Of a stretch of DNA of 64,000 nucleotides, positions 37,315 through 51,200 are shown piece after piece. The position numbers were made by a program, and so were the translations under genes. Each line of letters opens with the position of its first letter. Position 1 is the stretch's first letter. The notes below the pieces were generated by a model. The model saw only the letters and a list, made by a program, of their open reading frames with translations. It did not search any database and had not been told where the DNA came from. The stretch covers positions 46,231,847 through 46,295,846 of the forward strand of contig CP154954.1 of NCBI GenBank assembly GCA_039621445.1, given 5' to 3'. The stretch is from Euglena gracilis (lineage: Eukaryota).

Positions 37315-40300
37315 CGCAGCAGAGGGGAGTGGCCCCTGAGGCACTGGGTCCGGCGAGCCCCCCGCTGGGCGTCCAGTGGCGGGCTGCTCATCACAGGGGG
37401 CAGCGTGGCCGCCAAGTCCCCGAAGCTGGACAGCGGCGAGGCCATACGTTCACTTGATGACCCCCCTGGGTCTTTTACCCAGGCCCACAATCCCCCCAGG
37501 GGGGAGGAGGTGTCCACCCACCCGAAACTTCCGAAATCGGCCAAAAGCCCTCGAAATGGTTTTCCAGTCCGGCCAAAGGCCCAGGGTGCACCCCCCAGAG
37601 GGACTGGCAGGGGGCAGCCCCGAACATGCGCAGATAACCTCAAAGGGGAGGTGGATTTTTTGATCAAACAGTGTTTCTCAACATCAGTTGGCAGGATGGT
37701 ACAAAAGCATTATATCTTGATGCTCAACCCCCCAGGGAGACCAATTTCAGACAGTGGCCAGGTCTTGTTCAGGTGTCAGTGGGGTTTTATGAGGTGAATT
37801 GAATATGTGGGCATATACGGAAAATGACCCTCTGACCGAGTGGAATAATTTTGTACATGTTGGGATGGTACTTCACCATAGGAGGAGGACCATCCGAGTG
37901 GGTGGGTTGTCAGGAGTAGGTCTGTGGCGCCCAACCCATTGGGCCCATTGGACCCGGGTCCTTTGTTTGGGGGGGATGCTCCTCAGGCATCTTCGATCAT
38001 GAGTCGCCTTTCTTCAGAGGAAACAGAGGAGGGCACATCGGGCATTGCCCAGCCATTGGCATTGGGGTTGGGAGGCCTATTTCAAACCGGCGGGACTCAG
38101 GGCGGCGGCGCAGGCAAGCTGCCCGGCGGAGGCCGCCTTGCCCGGGCCGTCGCTGAGGCTCCACAAGGGGGCGTCCCCAGAGGCGGCGTGGCGGCCCAAA
38201 CTGCCACCCCCCTCCCCCGCCATGGCGATGTGATAGGGGGGCTGGGCTAATCCTTTGGGGCAATTCCCCGTTTGTCCGGTTTCACATGCGCGTGTAATGT
38301 GAAAGCATTGCTTTTCCTACCCTCAATTCCAAAAAGGAGGAGGCTTGCCAAATGTCACATTGCTCGTTTTGACCATTCCCTGGACTTGGACAACTGAATT
38401 CTGGGCAAAGGTTTTTTTTTAGGACTCGGTTAGGATCCACCCCCCCGGGTCACAAAACTTAAAAAAAACTGTTTCTGGAGTGCAAAGAGGAGGACCCACA
38501 GGTTGGCCCCCCCTCAGCCTCTGCCGCAGCCAGCCAGGAGGCATTGCCACCGGCCCCATCCGAATCCCACGGCAGCGGAGCGTCCCATGAGCGACGCCGA
38601 GATGGCCTCTCTGCACGCCAACAGCCACCTTCTCGCGACTCCAGCCAAAGACCTTAATCTGGCTACGTAGTGCGCTACCCCCTTTTGTCGCCCCCACCAT
38701 CCCCTTGTGGAATTCTTGTGTTGAACCGGACCGGTGGGCGGGTGGTGTCGGATGGGGAAAAAAACGGGACTGGGGCTGGGCAGGGGGGAGCGTTCAATGG
38801 GAATGGGGATGCCTTGCGTACCCTCCCCCCCCCTATGCCCAACGACCGGTAACCTCTGTCCTCTGACCGGGGGGGGGGGGTCGTTGGACATAGGGTAGTG
38901 ACCAAAAAGGTGTCCTCTGACCGGGGGGGGGGGTGGTCATTGGACACGGGGTCGGGGAAAAAAGTTTGCCGAAACCCCCCAAACAGGTCAAAATTTTCTT
39001 TCCGGCGCTTCGCGCCTCCATTTCCAGCCCTGTCAACAAATATTTCCTCAAATAGCATCCAAAACATACCTTCACGCCGCAGGATTTCACGAAAAAAAAG
39101 TCAACAATCCCAGTCGACAATCCCTGCATTCCATCAACCATCTTCACTCCATCATACAACCTAGCAAACACCCGAAAATGTCATGGTGGAATGTTGGGAG
39201 TGTGGTGAAGCCCCTTAAACAACCGTAAGCACTATCTCCCTGGTGGAGCGCTCGTAATGCACAAAACTCCCCAGAGGGAACATTTTAATGGATGATGGGC
39301 TGCGGGGTTGAGGACAAGGGTGGAAGAAAAGCCTTTGGCTGGCACACCTCCGGTTTTCACACACCTGCAAAAAAAACATCAAACCTCCGAAAAGGTGTCC
39401 TCTGACCGGAGGGGGTGGTCGTTGGACATAGGGGGGTCGTTGGACATGGGGGGGGTACATGAGAAGGAAATCTCTTTACTTTTTGCAGACCCCCCGGGGG
39501 GGGTGCTAGCACAGCCAGACCGTCCAACCCTGTTCCAGCCCAAATTTTTTTCGCCAAGCTGAAGAATTTCAATGAAGTGATCACAGCCATTTCAGGGACA
39601 GCACTAAGTCAAACCCGTTCCCAATTACCCCCTGTCCAACGACCGCTAAATATCGCCACTGACCGGGAGGTGGTCGCTATTCTGGCCAAATATCGCTACT
39701 GACCAGAGGGGGGAGGGGGTTGTTAGACAAGACCGGGGTCGAAAAAAATTTTCTCCCGCTTCGCCACAAGGTGAATAAAAAAGTTTCCTTTGCCTGACAT
39801 GGCCACAACCCTCAGATTCATGATGAAAAAAGGGAGAAACATGCAATCAACAGGCAAAAACTTAGTGACGATAGAGAACTTGTTGACCAGGTACAAAATC
39901 CGCCATGAAAGTTGTAAGGAAAGGCAGAAGCCATTATGCGAACGTCTGGAAAAAAAGATCACCTGGAAAAAGATCGCTACTGACCGGGGGGGGCTGTTGG
40001 ACAAGGCCGGTAGTTGGACGAGGTGGGGGGAGGGAAGACCTGTCTGTCCGCCCCCCATTCAGGTTCCGTGTCCGTTCCTTTGCGCCGAGGGTCGCGGAGC
40101 CCTCGCGCCGCGGGCTCCGCCGGAGGCAGCAGCGCCGCCGTCGCGAAGCGCTGCGGGCCGGCGAACGGCAGCGGCCGCACGTCCGGCGAGGCCGGGCGCC
40201 GGGCTGGGCCGCCGGGGCGGTGGGCGGGGCCCGGGGCGGGCCCAGGCCGATGCCGGGCCGGGCGGGGGTCGGCCCACCCCGGGGTGGGGCCGGCCCAGCC

Positions 40301-40945
40301 GTTGGGGCCAGCCCCGAGTGGTGTTGCCTCCAAACTGGACTGCTTGGCGTCAGTACAGGGACAGTGGGGATGAAGGCAGCGGTGTGCTTGGTGCTCTTTG
40401 GCGCACACAGGCACTCACAAAACCCGCCCGAGACAACAAAAAGGGTCTGTTTTGCACCGGCCTGGTCCTCAGGCTGCCGGGGAGGGGGGGCGGCGGCGGC
40501 AGCCACGTACCGCCGCTCCGCCGGTGGGGCAGAATTTCCCCGGGGCGGAGCCAGCGGCAGGCGGTGGGTTGGGGATGTCTCCACGGTCTGTAAACTCCCC
40601 CCCAAAAAAACGATCCATTTCTCAGAACGTCCAGGGGGGTCTTATTGGGGGGGGGGGTTATGCGCCGCAGTCAAGCGTCGGGCGTCCACCGGCACACACC
40701 CCCTGGGGATGGCCAACCTTTATCCATCGCCTGGCCGGCACCGAGACGCGCCGGGGCAGCGGGACCAGCCCGCCCTTCTCGGCAGGTGGCGGCGGGGGCG
40801 GCGGAGAGGTGGCGGTGGCGGGCTGGGAGGGGTCTGCCGAGAAGGGGCGGTCGCGGGCGAGGCCGGGGAAGCGGGGCACCGGAGCGGAGCCGCCCGACGC
40901 CCGCCCGAAGACCGGCGCCGTGGGCGGACCCCCGGTGGCGACACA
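37315..40945 (-). CDS. Probable Pro/Ala/Gly-rich linker exons (approx 40730-40945, 40455-40570, 40080-40310, 38500-38640, 38090-38230, 37315-37450)
   Basis: Very GC-rich islands with open minus-strand frames, like the confirmed exons; frames and junctions unresolved. Confidence 0.55.
38821..39455. mobile_element. TA-flanked MITE (Tc1/mariner-like)
   Basis: TA|CCCTCCCCCCCCCTATGCCCAACGACC ... GGTCGTTGGACATGGGGGGGG|TA. Confidence 0.75.
39628..40010. mobile_element. TA-flanked MITE related to 38821-39455
   Basis: TA|CCCCCTGTCCAAC ... GTTGGACAAGGCCGG|TA. Confidence 0.65.
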
Positions 40946-41529
40946 GCCCCACTCTGAGCAGACATAATGGACGCCCCCCCCCCCGCAGCGGCAGCGACGG
41001 CTCATATGTGGGACGCCTCGTAAAAACACCCCCCCCCCGCAGAGAATCCCATGTGGCCACCCAGATCAAATTATAGTCAAGAGCAGTTCAGGCATCAACC
41101 ACCGTCGATGTTCGCTCACTGCAGGTGATGGAATTACTTCCCGTTGGTGCTAGTTTTGGTGACTCTCCACCCGAAAACTCTTCACACAGCAAACGCGGTG
41201 TGGACAATGACGGCAATTCAACTTTGCAGATTTGTACCTCCGAGCGACCCTAACATCTGAAAAAACGTTCTTGTCAGGAATTTGTGATTGCAGTCCTTAA
41301 AATAACGTTTGCATCTTTCTTCATTTCTGGAAAAAATTCTGATAATAGTTCTTGATGGGGATGTCGAAGTTTTTTACCATTTGAGGTCAGCAGGAACAGA
41401 GATACGAGACGAAATCAATAAGACAGGCGACAGACAAGCGACCAAATAGAGTACAGTTTTCTACCAAGAGAAATTTTTAGGGAGGGGTTCTCCCACGGGG
41501 TTTGCATGTTTGTTTGTAGGATGTTGGAT

Positions 41530-41556
41530 GCACACACACACACACACGCACGCACG

Positions 41557-41622
<66 letters not shown>
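41530..41622. repeat. (CA)n microsatellite
   Basis: Direct reading. Confidence 0.97.
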
Positions 41623-41624
<2 letters not shown>

Positions 41625-41689
41625 GCAACATGAGACAGAAGGGCAGGCACCGTGTATCCAAAAATGGCCCAGGCCGTTCTGCAGCAGAT

Positions 41690-41925
41690 GGCACTTTGCT
41701 CGAAACCCCGTTGCTGCTCCGGCTCCTGCGCCTTCCGCTGCCACGGGTCCTCCGCTGTCGCCTCCGCCCGCGCCGCCGTCGGCGGCCCCACCTCCTCCTC
41801 CTCCTCCGCCTCCTCCGCCTCCTCCTCCTCCCCGGCGTCCCGCCGGCCCAGCTGCTGGAGCTCCCGGAACTGCGCCTCCGCCTTCTCCAGCAGCCGGCGC
41901 CGGCGCACCTTGCCCCCGGGAGGGC
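41690..41925 (-). CDS. Unit A exon: [36 protein letters not shown]... (3' edge approx)
   Basis: Paralog at 1791-1950 (GKTRQRRLRKRAEKWYIDLRRRGRWD). Confidence 0.85.
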
Positions 41926-44900
41926 CCTGCGCTGCCGCCCGCCACCCGGCTGGCCCCACCCGCAACCCGTCCCCCAAGAATGGAACAAAGGGCAGGGGTT
42001 TTTTCGGGCTGGGGGGGGGGGGGCGGCACCCACCGCCCTGGTCCAGATTCGAAACGTGATCCCTGTTCTTTTCCCGCAGATCCATTGGTTGGCCGCTCTA
42101 ATGGCAGGAGGGGAATGAGGTTTCAGCCAAACAGCCAACCGGCCAAAGATCAAATGCATGAACGCAGATGTCGGGTATTCAAAAAATACAGCGATGGAGA
42201 AGAAAGAAGATGGCGACCCCAACCACAACCCAATCCCGAATTCGACACCGGCGGAGTTGGTTTGCCGCCGCCTGAAGGACGGCGAAGACGGTGACTTTGA
42301 CTGAAACCACTAAGAAGAGGTCGAAAATTTGGTTTTCTAAATGAACGGCATCCGCTGCGCAGGCAAGCCAAGCAGTGGCCTCGGTATCATCCTCAAAGCT
42401 CGGGGGCGGCCGCAGCCGGTAGGGCTTTGGGATGCAGGCAGGGCACAGGCTGCCACCCTCCCCGCACCTCGCTGGTCAACGGGTACAAACCTGTCCCACT
42501 TTCCAAAACGAGAAATCAGACAGCACATGCCGCACAACCTCAGGGGGAAGTGACACCTTCCCCACCGGGGGGGGGGAGATGGCAGGATGCCATTGTGCAG
42601 CAGAATGCCACGGGATGGAGTTTAAGACAAAGGGTGGCAGGCAGGAGTTTTCTTAAGGATCCTCAGAGGGTCCAGCCATCTGGCTGGAATAAAGGTGCTG
42701 GGGGGGGTTCCAGCCAGATGCCATGCTTGATCGGGCTGGCACGCGAAAAAAAAGTCCCAATAAAAAATCAAATGCAGCTGGGTAATTTCAAACAACATTT
42801 TGAGGTGAAGTCAAAAATGCCATTTTGACGACCCTTTTTTTATATTCTTTTTGGTCCAGCCCAGCTTCACCCAAATGCATTTCGGTGGCCCCTTGGACAT
42901 AACTATTTCCACAATCCGGCTGGAAAACTGCTTGCTGAAAATAAAGTGCTGGCTGGCTGGCTGGACACCGTCAGGGGTCCCCTCCGGCTCGAGAAATCCC
43001 CCGTGGCTGGGCCGCGCCAACAACAATGGTGGGGAGTGGGGCTAAGAAGTGAATCACATATGAACCCCTGCCTTGCAGGCCCGATGGGCACTGGGAAGGG
43101 AGGTCGGGGTGAGGGTCCTCCTCAACGCTCTCCAGAGACCTTGCCGGTGGTCTCTCACAGCCTGGCCCTGGGGGTGGGCGAAGCCATGCCGGTGCCACCA
43201 CGTGAAGGGCACGTCGGACTTCCGGGTGTGGTTGTCGATCTCCCACAGCGGGGGGCGCGGGGGCGGCTGCACGGCGTGCGGGGGCAACCCCGGGATGGGG
43301 TTCGTCGGGAGCAGCACCCAGTGCCCGCAGCGCTGCGCAAAGGTTGGCGAACCCTGGCCCCCCAACACCGAGCTGCGAAGCTGAGACCTCAGGGGGATCA
43401 AAAATTAGAAACTACGAAGGAACACACAGATCATACACACACAAACATACCCACACACACACACACATACCCACACACACACACACACACACCCACACAC
43501 ACACGCGCGCGCGTGTGTGTGGACGTTCCAACGTTCACCACCTGCAAAGAAAAAGGAAGCGATGTGGGCAGCACTGGCCCCGTGGGAGGAGCCCTCAAGT
43601 CCTTGACAGTCCGCAGCAGAGACTGGCTGCCTACCTCTTTCCCCCACCACCACCATCCCCCACCGCAAAAACTCCACATACACAGTCACTTATAATGGCC
43701 AGTTGTTGCTGGAAGTCGTCTGCGCAAGTCACGCACATCTTTGGGCACACTCGCACCCAAGGCGGGCGGTCATCATCAACATCGACATCGTCCCAGGCAC
43801 ACACACGTGTGGACAGCGTGGCGGTCATTTTGGTTTCCATTGAACTCCGTCGAGGCAACGGCCTCAGCATCATCAACACACCCACCGCCCCCTTCGCCGT
43901 GCGTCCAGCCAGCCTCGGGCCACGACCTCCGGGATGGCGCGGATGAAGTGCGAGAGGCGGGTGTACCCGAGCTGGACGAGGAGCTTCGCGATGGCCGGGT
44001 TGCTGAACCCCGGCAGCCGCAGCAGCATGGTGACCTTCAGCCCGCCCTGGTTCATCTGGAGGTACCTGCGGCCCGGGGGCGGGGGAGGGACCCACCGGCG
44101 TGGGGCTGCGACCGACAGGCCGTGGCAGCCACGCAAATACTCCGGTTGAACTGGTGGGTGGTGGCGGCCAGACATTCAGAGCCAGTGGGCTTCCAGAGAG
44201 ATCTTTGCAACTAAATAATACCCCCCAATGCCCCCCGGATTACACAAAATTGGAGAAATGACATTTTCCCTCTCGGGTGCTCTGAGGTCAAACAACGTCT
44301 CTTGTAGAAACAAAACCTGGCAGTTTTTCTCGAAAACCATTTTTTTTTGCAAGAGAACCCAGCCACCTTCAACAAAAAAGAACAAGTAGAGTATTTTCAT
44401 AGAGAACCAATGTTCGGCACAGAAATCCAAAAAAAAGCCCCCCCCCCAAATAATTGCCCCCCATGAATTATCCCTCCCCGATTTTGGGGGGTTTGCAACA
44501 TGTATGCACATTGAAAGGTTACTTGGACCTACAGGATACAAATCTGTCCAGGAGGAAAAATGTTAAATCCTTCCTGAAATATATGTTGCATTTTGTAAAT
44601 CCTGGTGCAAAAATTGAGCAAATGGCATCCCACCTTCAACAAAAAAGAAGAACAAGTAGAGTATTTTCATAACAAAAAACAAAGTCGAGTATTTAGAGTA
44701 AGAGAACGCAATGTTCGGCACAGAAAATCCAAAAAAAAGCCCCCCTCCCCCCCCCCCCGAATGCCCCCCCCCCAATGAATTATGCACATTGAAAGGCACT
44801 AACAACATGTTACTGCACATTGAAAAGTCACTTGGACCATACATAATGCAATGCATACAAAGGATCATGTTACAATCCGGAAAGAAATGTTGAGTCGGCA

Positions 44901-45244
44901 CACCCACTAGATCGGAGGCATATATATATATATATACATGCATATATATATATATATATATATATACTATATATATAGACATATATATATATATATATAT
45001 TATATATACTTACATATATATCCATATACCATACATATATATACATACATCCTATATACATACATATATATAGCATCCTACATAGACATACATACATACA
45101 TACATACCTACATACATACATACATACATACATACATACATACATACATACATACATACATACATACATACATACATACATACATACATACATACATACA
45201 TACATACATACATACATACATACATACATACATACATACATACA

Positions 45245-45275
<31 letters not shown>

Positions 45276-48200
45276 CTCTACAATGACGATGCCCAATTCA
45301 ACATTGAAAAGAAATACATGATGAAAATGAGCAAAATGCTGACATGAAAAACATAGGACATTGTCAAAGACAGGAACCTGTCAGAATAAAATTTCTTTCT
45401 TTCCTCATAAAAACATACTTTCGAGTGAAGTGAAACAGGGTCAGAAGAGCGACAAAAACATATGGGCTGATACACATTACTGCTAAACCCAAAAGCTTTC
45501 ACACACATCGTGCCAACAATTGGCATGAACTCACCAAAATTGCCAAAAGAAATGCACCAAATGGCCAAAACTTTAGTGCAATGTTTTGCCATAATATGCA
45601 AATGTTTCAGCCACATTTTTTTATAACCGTGAACAGGTGCAGTTGGTCATCAGGGATTAGTGCTCATCCGTTGTTGTTGGGGGGGGGGGGGGGGCGGCCC
45701 TAATACGCAGTTCCTTGCAATTGTCATAGTTGCAAAAAAGCCTGTGCTGACCTCAGAAATGCCAAAGAAAAGGAAATGTCACAGAAAATGACAAAGACAG
45801 CCAGAAGCAGCCAGAAGCAGCCAGGAGCAGCCAAAAGAAGCAACAGCCAGAACTAGCCAAATACAGGCCGAAAAAAAATGGGCAAAAAGAGTCACACCTA
45901 AAATGACCAAAAGTGCCCAAAAAACTTGCCAAAATCACCCAAAAAGCAGCCAGAAGCAGCCAGAAGCAGCCAGGAGCAGCCAAAAGAAGCAACAGCCAGA
46001 ACTAGCCAAATACAGGCCGAAAAAAAAAATGGGCAAAAAGAGTCAGCCCTAAAATGACCAAAAGTGGCCGAAAACTTGCCAAAATCACCCAAAAAGCGCC
46101 AGAAGCAGCCAAGGCACCAAATCGCAAGAAGCAGCCAAAACTGGCCAGAAGTAGCCTAAAGTGGCCAAAATAACCTAAAGGCAAAAAAATCAACTTTGGC
46201 TTATCCGTAGTTATCTGCAGCTATCCGTGTTTGGGGTTTGGAGCTTGTCTGTTGTTATCTGTCATTATCCATAGTTATGATACACACCAATCCCACTGGA
46301 GGTCCATTTTGCAATAAGAATGACACTGCAAAAGAGTTTTTTGTTCCTTATCATTGCAACAAATGCTGACCCCCTGTCCTCCCAATGAAATTGCTTTACC
46401 CTCTGTTCTCCCTGATGCTCCTCTGCGAGCTTTTCTCCCACCCTTCTTGCACCTACTGACCTGTCTCCTACCTGTTTTTTGTTGTTGTGAATTCCCACAT
46501 TTCTGTCGCGAAATGCACATTTCCTAAATGATGCCAATTCCCTCCCTCTGACCCAGAACCCCCACAGGAAACTGTTTCCTACCTCTCCTCTGTGCGAAAA
46601 TTGCGCTGTGGAATGCAGGGCGGCACAACGTGTGCCGCTCTGCATTCCGCAAAGATTTTTTTGGATATTTTTATTTTTGGGATTGATCAGCTTGCATAGC
46701 AAAGGTGACGAACTGGAATGAACAAAAAAGCTGCACAGGACTTTTGCAGCACGTTGACACCAAAGGAACAGACCTTTGCAACACGTCGGCCAAGAAGAAG
46801 AACTCTTCTTTGTATGCTGGCCGCCAGAGATGAGCTGCGTGCCGGACTGAATGGGAAGGGGCGGGGCAAGGCCTGTTAACTGGTGGGTGTCCCTCTACCT
46901 CCAAAAACAATCTCCACGTTGTCCCTTTCCCCGGAAAGGGGTTGCGATGCAGAATAATCCTCAAAAGCAGATGCTGTTCACCGCCAGGCAAACGAGAAAC
47001 GTTCTAAAGTTTGGGAACGAAAATCTTTGCTCAGAACGAGAAGAAGCCTACGGTATTTCTGGAGATTCAAGGCAAGAAAGAAACCCTCAAATGGGCTGGT
47101 TGGGAAAGCTGCTGGTTGACCGCCTCGATGATGTTTGCAGGTGGAAAGAAAACACACCTGGATAAAAAAGCAACAAAATAACTTTATGGGGAAAGGAGGA
47201 ATGGAATGCGCTTAGAATTCCTCGGCCAGGATTTTGAAAAAGAATTCCCCAGGCAAAAAGTACTGGCAAAGAAAAATCGAGGGCGCCTGCTTGGGAGAGA
47301 TGAGCTCCCAAGCTTTTTTATTGGCTCGATTGCCAAAAAGCATAAAGGACTTAAGAAATTACATTAAAAACTTCCTTTGATTCTGCAGACCCCAATATAA
47401 TCACATGGCAAGGGGCAAGGATCACCGGATTACACAGGCGGGCATCCATGTGTGCCACACAGCACAGGTGGGATGATGGCAGCCTCGATGCTGTGATCGA
47501 AAGCCTGCACAAATCAGGGGAATTTTGTTGCTGTTTGGTTGTCCGTTGCGGAATGCTTTCCACATTTTTCATTTGTTGACTTTTGCTTCTCCCCCTCAAC
47601 CCCCCAACAAATCCTGCAGCCCCTCTGCATGTGTTGGGGGGGGGGGCACCGCCATTCATTCAGCCGCGGGCCAGGCCAGGGGTCGGGGGCCCGGGCGGCA
47701 TCGGCACGTTCTCCCACTGCGGGGCGAGGGGCAGCAGCGTCTCATACCGCGGGGGGGCCGACTCCTCCTCCTCGCTCCCCACGTCCTCCTCCTCCGCGTG
47801 GTCCTCCTGCCAAACCTTCACCCGGCGGCGGCGACCCCCTGATGTGCGCCGCCCACCCCACCCCAATCTCCAGGGTAGCCACGGCTGCGTGCACTGGCCC
47901 GGCCCTGTGCAGTGCACAGGCCCAACGACCTCATGTCAACCCGAAATGTCACCCTCCCGCCACATGATTGGAGGTCAGCCTGCAGGTTTAAGGGAACTTT
48001 TTCTTTATTCGAAGGAAAAAGCAAAATTGATTCAAAACAACTATTCCCATACATAAACCAAGATTGTACCAACAAAATCGCATCTGACTGGGGGGCGTTG
48101 GGCAAGCCTCGTCGCTGGACAAGGGGGAACACTGATGATAAGGACAGATAAACAATTGCAAAATAATTGCCAAAAAAACATTAAACGTTTAGAGTACGTC

Positions 48201-51200
48201 TGCGAGAGGATTCATAATTCTCAAAAATTTGGCAAATATTAGAATTTGGTAATATCTCGCCAGGGATGTACGCAGGGAAAAATTCTTTTGGTTTCCCTGG
48301 ACTACATTTTAGGTTTTGACCCTGTTCGAGCTGTGGAACGACCATTTGGTCAAGAAACATGGACCACCCTGGCCATCCGGGGCTATGGCCCAAATCAGCT
48401 CGAATGAAATTATTATTTTCCGGAAGGCCACATTGAAACGTCTGCGTCCAGGAGTCAACCCAACAAGCACCCCAGGCTGGGTCGGGGAGCAGCCGGAGGC
48501 AGCCCGGCAAGCTCTTCGACTTCCCCTTCCTCTTCTCCTTCCACTCCGTCCTGCGATGAATTGGAGGGCGTTGGAGAGTCGATGGCCAGCGACCACTCCA
48601 GGGGCAGGCGTGGTGCAAAGTCCCACAATTGCCGAGATAGGACACACACAGGCTGCACAAGCGGAGCCTCAGCATTGCATTGAAAGAAAGAAGACAACAA
48701 AAAAAAAGAATGAAAAAAAATGAAAATGGCTGTGCAGATGAAAAGAACAGGGCCAGCAGGTACATCAAAACCACCCAACCTGCCCACCGAACCAGAATGC
48801 CACCGCGGGCCAGCATGCCCCAAGCACACAACGGTTGCCCACGAGCTCCACAACCCCATCACGCCTGGTCCGGGGGGCCGGCGCCGCCTCGCTCACCTCC
48901 TCCCCCTCGCCGCCCACCCCCTCCCCCTCCTCCGTTTCCTCCGCCGCCGATGGCTGGGCCGCCGCCTCTGCGGGCAGCGGCAGGGATGGCACCGCCCCCG
49001 GCAGGGCAGCCCTCCTGCCCCCCCCCCCCGTTCCTGTGGCAATGGGAGGGGACATGGTGGGGCGTCGCAAGAACGGGGCCAGAGCGGACCGTGTTTTTTT
49101 TTGGCGTATTTTACCCACTTTTGCCACGTTACCTTTTTTGGACACTATGTTGGCGCATTTTGCTTCACTTCTTTAAATTTTTTGGCCGCTTTTAACAGCT
49201 TTCTTTGGCCTTCTTTGACAACTTTTGCCTGCTTTTGGATTTTTGGTCACTTTTTGGCCACTTTTGATTGCCTGTGGCCATTTCTGGCCAATTTTGGTCA
49301 CTTTTGGCCACTTTTGGCCAGTTTTGGTCCACCACAGGCGACCCGTTTTTTGGCCACTTTTGCACTTTAAGGCCAGGCCACTTTGGTCCACTTGGGACAT
49401 AATCGGTTGAAAAGAGGCATAATCGGCCCTGGTCCCTGATTGGAACCCCACCTAGGTCCTGAAAATCATGGTCGGCCCTGGTTGGGGGGGGGGGGGGGGC
49501 TCAATCCATCCAGTCACCCCTGAGGGGTATCCAGATCAAAAAGAAGCCAGCCAGGAGCACCGTTCAGGTCCCATCAAGCCCATCAACAGCTCAGCCCACC
49601 CCCACTGACACGGTTGCCTGGCAGCCGCCCAGCAGGAGCGCTGGCCTGACCGCCGGCCGCAGGCGCCCCGCCGCCGCCGGATGGACCTCCCGAAGCAGGC
49701 GGAGGGACGGCAGGATGGTGCACGACGACCGGCGGGACCCCTTGAGGCGGGCGAGGTCCGGCATGCCGAGCAGCACGTCCCGCCACCCGTACCCGCGCTT
49801 CGTCCCCATGAAGAACTTCAGCAGCTTGACCCCGCGCCTGCCAGCGCCTCTGGCCCGGACGGCTAAAATCATTGAATATTCCAACAATTATATTTTTAAT
49901 GTCAGAAACACTGATGCATCGGGAACATTTTTTTTGAGATTTTGAGATTGTGGGGAAAATGCTGGAAGAAGGAATACAAAAAAAACATCTCCTCCTCCTC
50001 TTTCTCCTCCTCCTCCTCCTCCTCCTCCTCCTCCTCCTCCTCCCTCTTCTTCCTTTTCGATCTTCTTCCATTCCCAGTTGGAGTGATTGGGTCAATTGAC
50101 GGACAACTCTTGCAAACAGAGCAGTGATTGAGCTCTCGCCACTCTGCAACAGCATCAAGCGTGGCACCATTTCTTCCAATTCAGCGCTCCACGCTGCAAC
50201 ACTAGTTGTCAGTCCGGAGGCGGCCGATGTACAGCCCGGCGTAGACGTCGAACTGCGAGAGAGGGACCCCCTCCGGGTAGTGCATGACGCAGTCCCGCAC
50301 GATGTCGCGCAGCTCAAGGAAGCCGACCTTGATACCCGCCTTACGGAAGGTCTGTTGGGCGCGGTGGCCGACCCGGATGACAACCTCCTTCCGGTTCACC
50401 GCCCAGTCCGGCACTGGGGGGATGCCGCACCGCAGCAGGAGAGGGCAGCCGTGAGCGCTTGCCGTGGCACAAAGAAATAAAAATAAAGCACAATGTGTGT
50501 GAGGGTTACAAACTTTGTTCACCTGCGGCAAATCTTGAAACTTCTTTGTTGTGTACCCTTCATCCTTCGTCTGAGGGAGTAGACTGGGAATCTTCGGGGA
50601 GGGGGGAGTGATTGCACAAGGAGAAATAACTGGCAGACTCATTTAATTTGGCAAGGAATCGTTTATTCTTCGTCTGGAAGGTCATTGCAGTGGGTGCAGT
50701 GGAGAAAATGGAAAATTTGAAGGAAAAATGAAAACACAGAAGCACCCAAGGATTGAACAATAAACCCCCCTCGGGGTCTAACTTCGCCAACCGAGTTAAT
50801 ACCCCCCCCCAATTTTCGGGCCAACGACAAGAAAATATGATATTTACCTACATTTTCCGGGCGAAATCCAGGTCGGAAAATGTAGGTAAATATCATAATT
50901 TCTGATGTCAAATTACGGGGGGGGAATCAATTTTTCTGGATCATCTGGCCTCCAAAAAGGCCTTATTTCACGAGAAAATACAATAAAAGACCCAAAGGGG
51001 GGCCTTGGGGTGCCATTCCATGAGACTTTGAAGATTTTCGAAATTTTGGGGAGCTGTCACCCTCGGGACGGGTCTTGAGGTCAAAAAATAATACCCTGGG
51101 GGCAGGGTTCGATATAAGGACAGGGGGGGGGGGGGGTGGTCCGGACCCCCCCTGCGGGCCAGGAGGGGGGGGGGGGGGGCGGGGACACCCCCCCCCACCT

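Larger units (their letters stand above)
44066..46773 (-). other. Conventional GT-AG intron (phase 2)
   Basis: caaag|GTctgt...ccgcAG|gtac; R|YLQ. Confidence 0.85.

Noticed and set aside
44870-45321. MYVC/HTYI repeat ORFs
   Set aside because: (CATA)n microsatellite inside the GT-AG intron.
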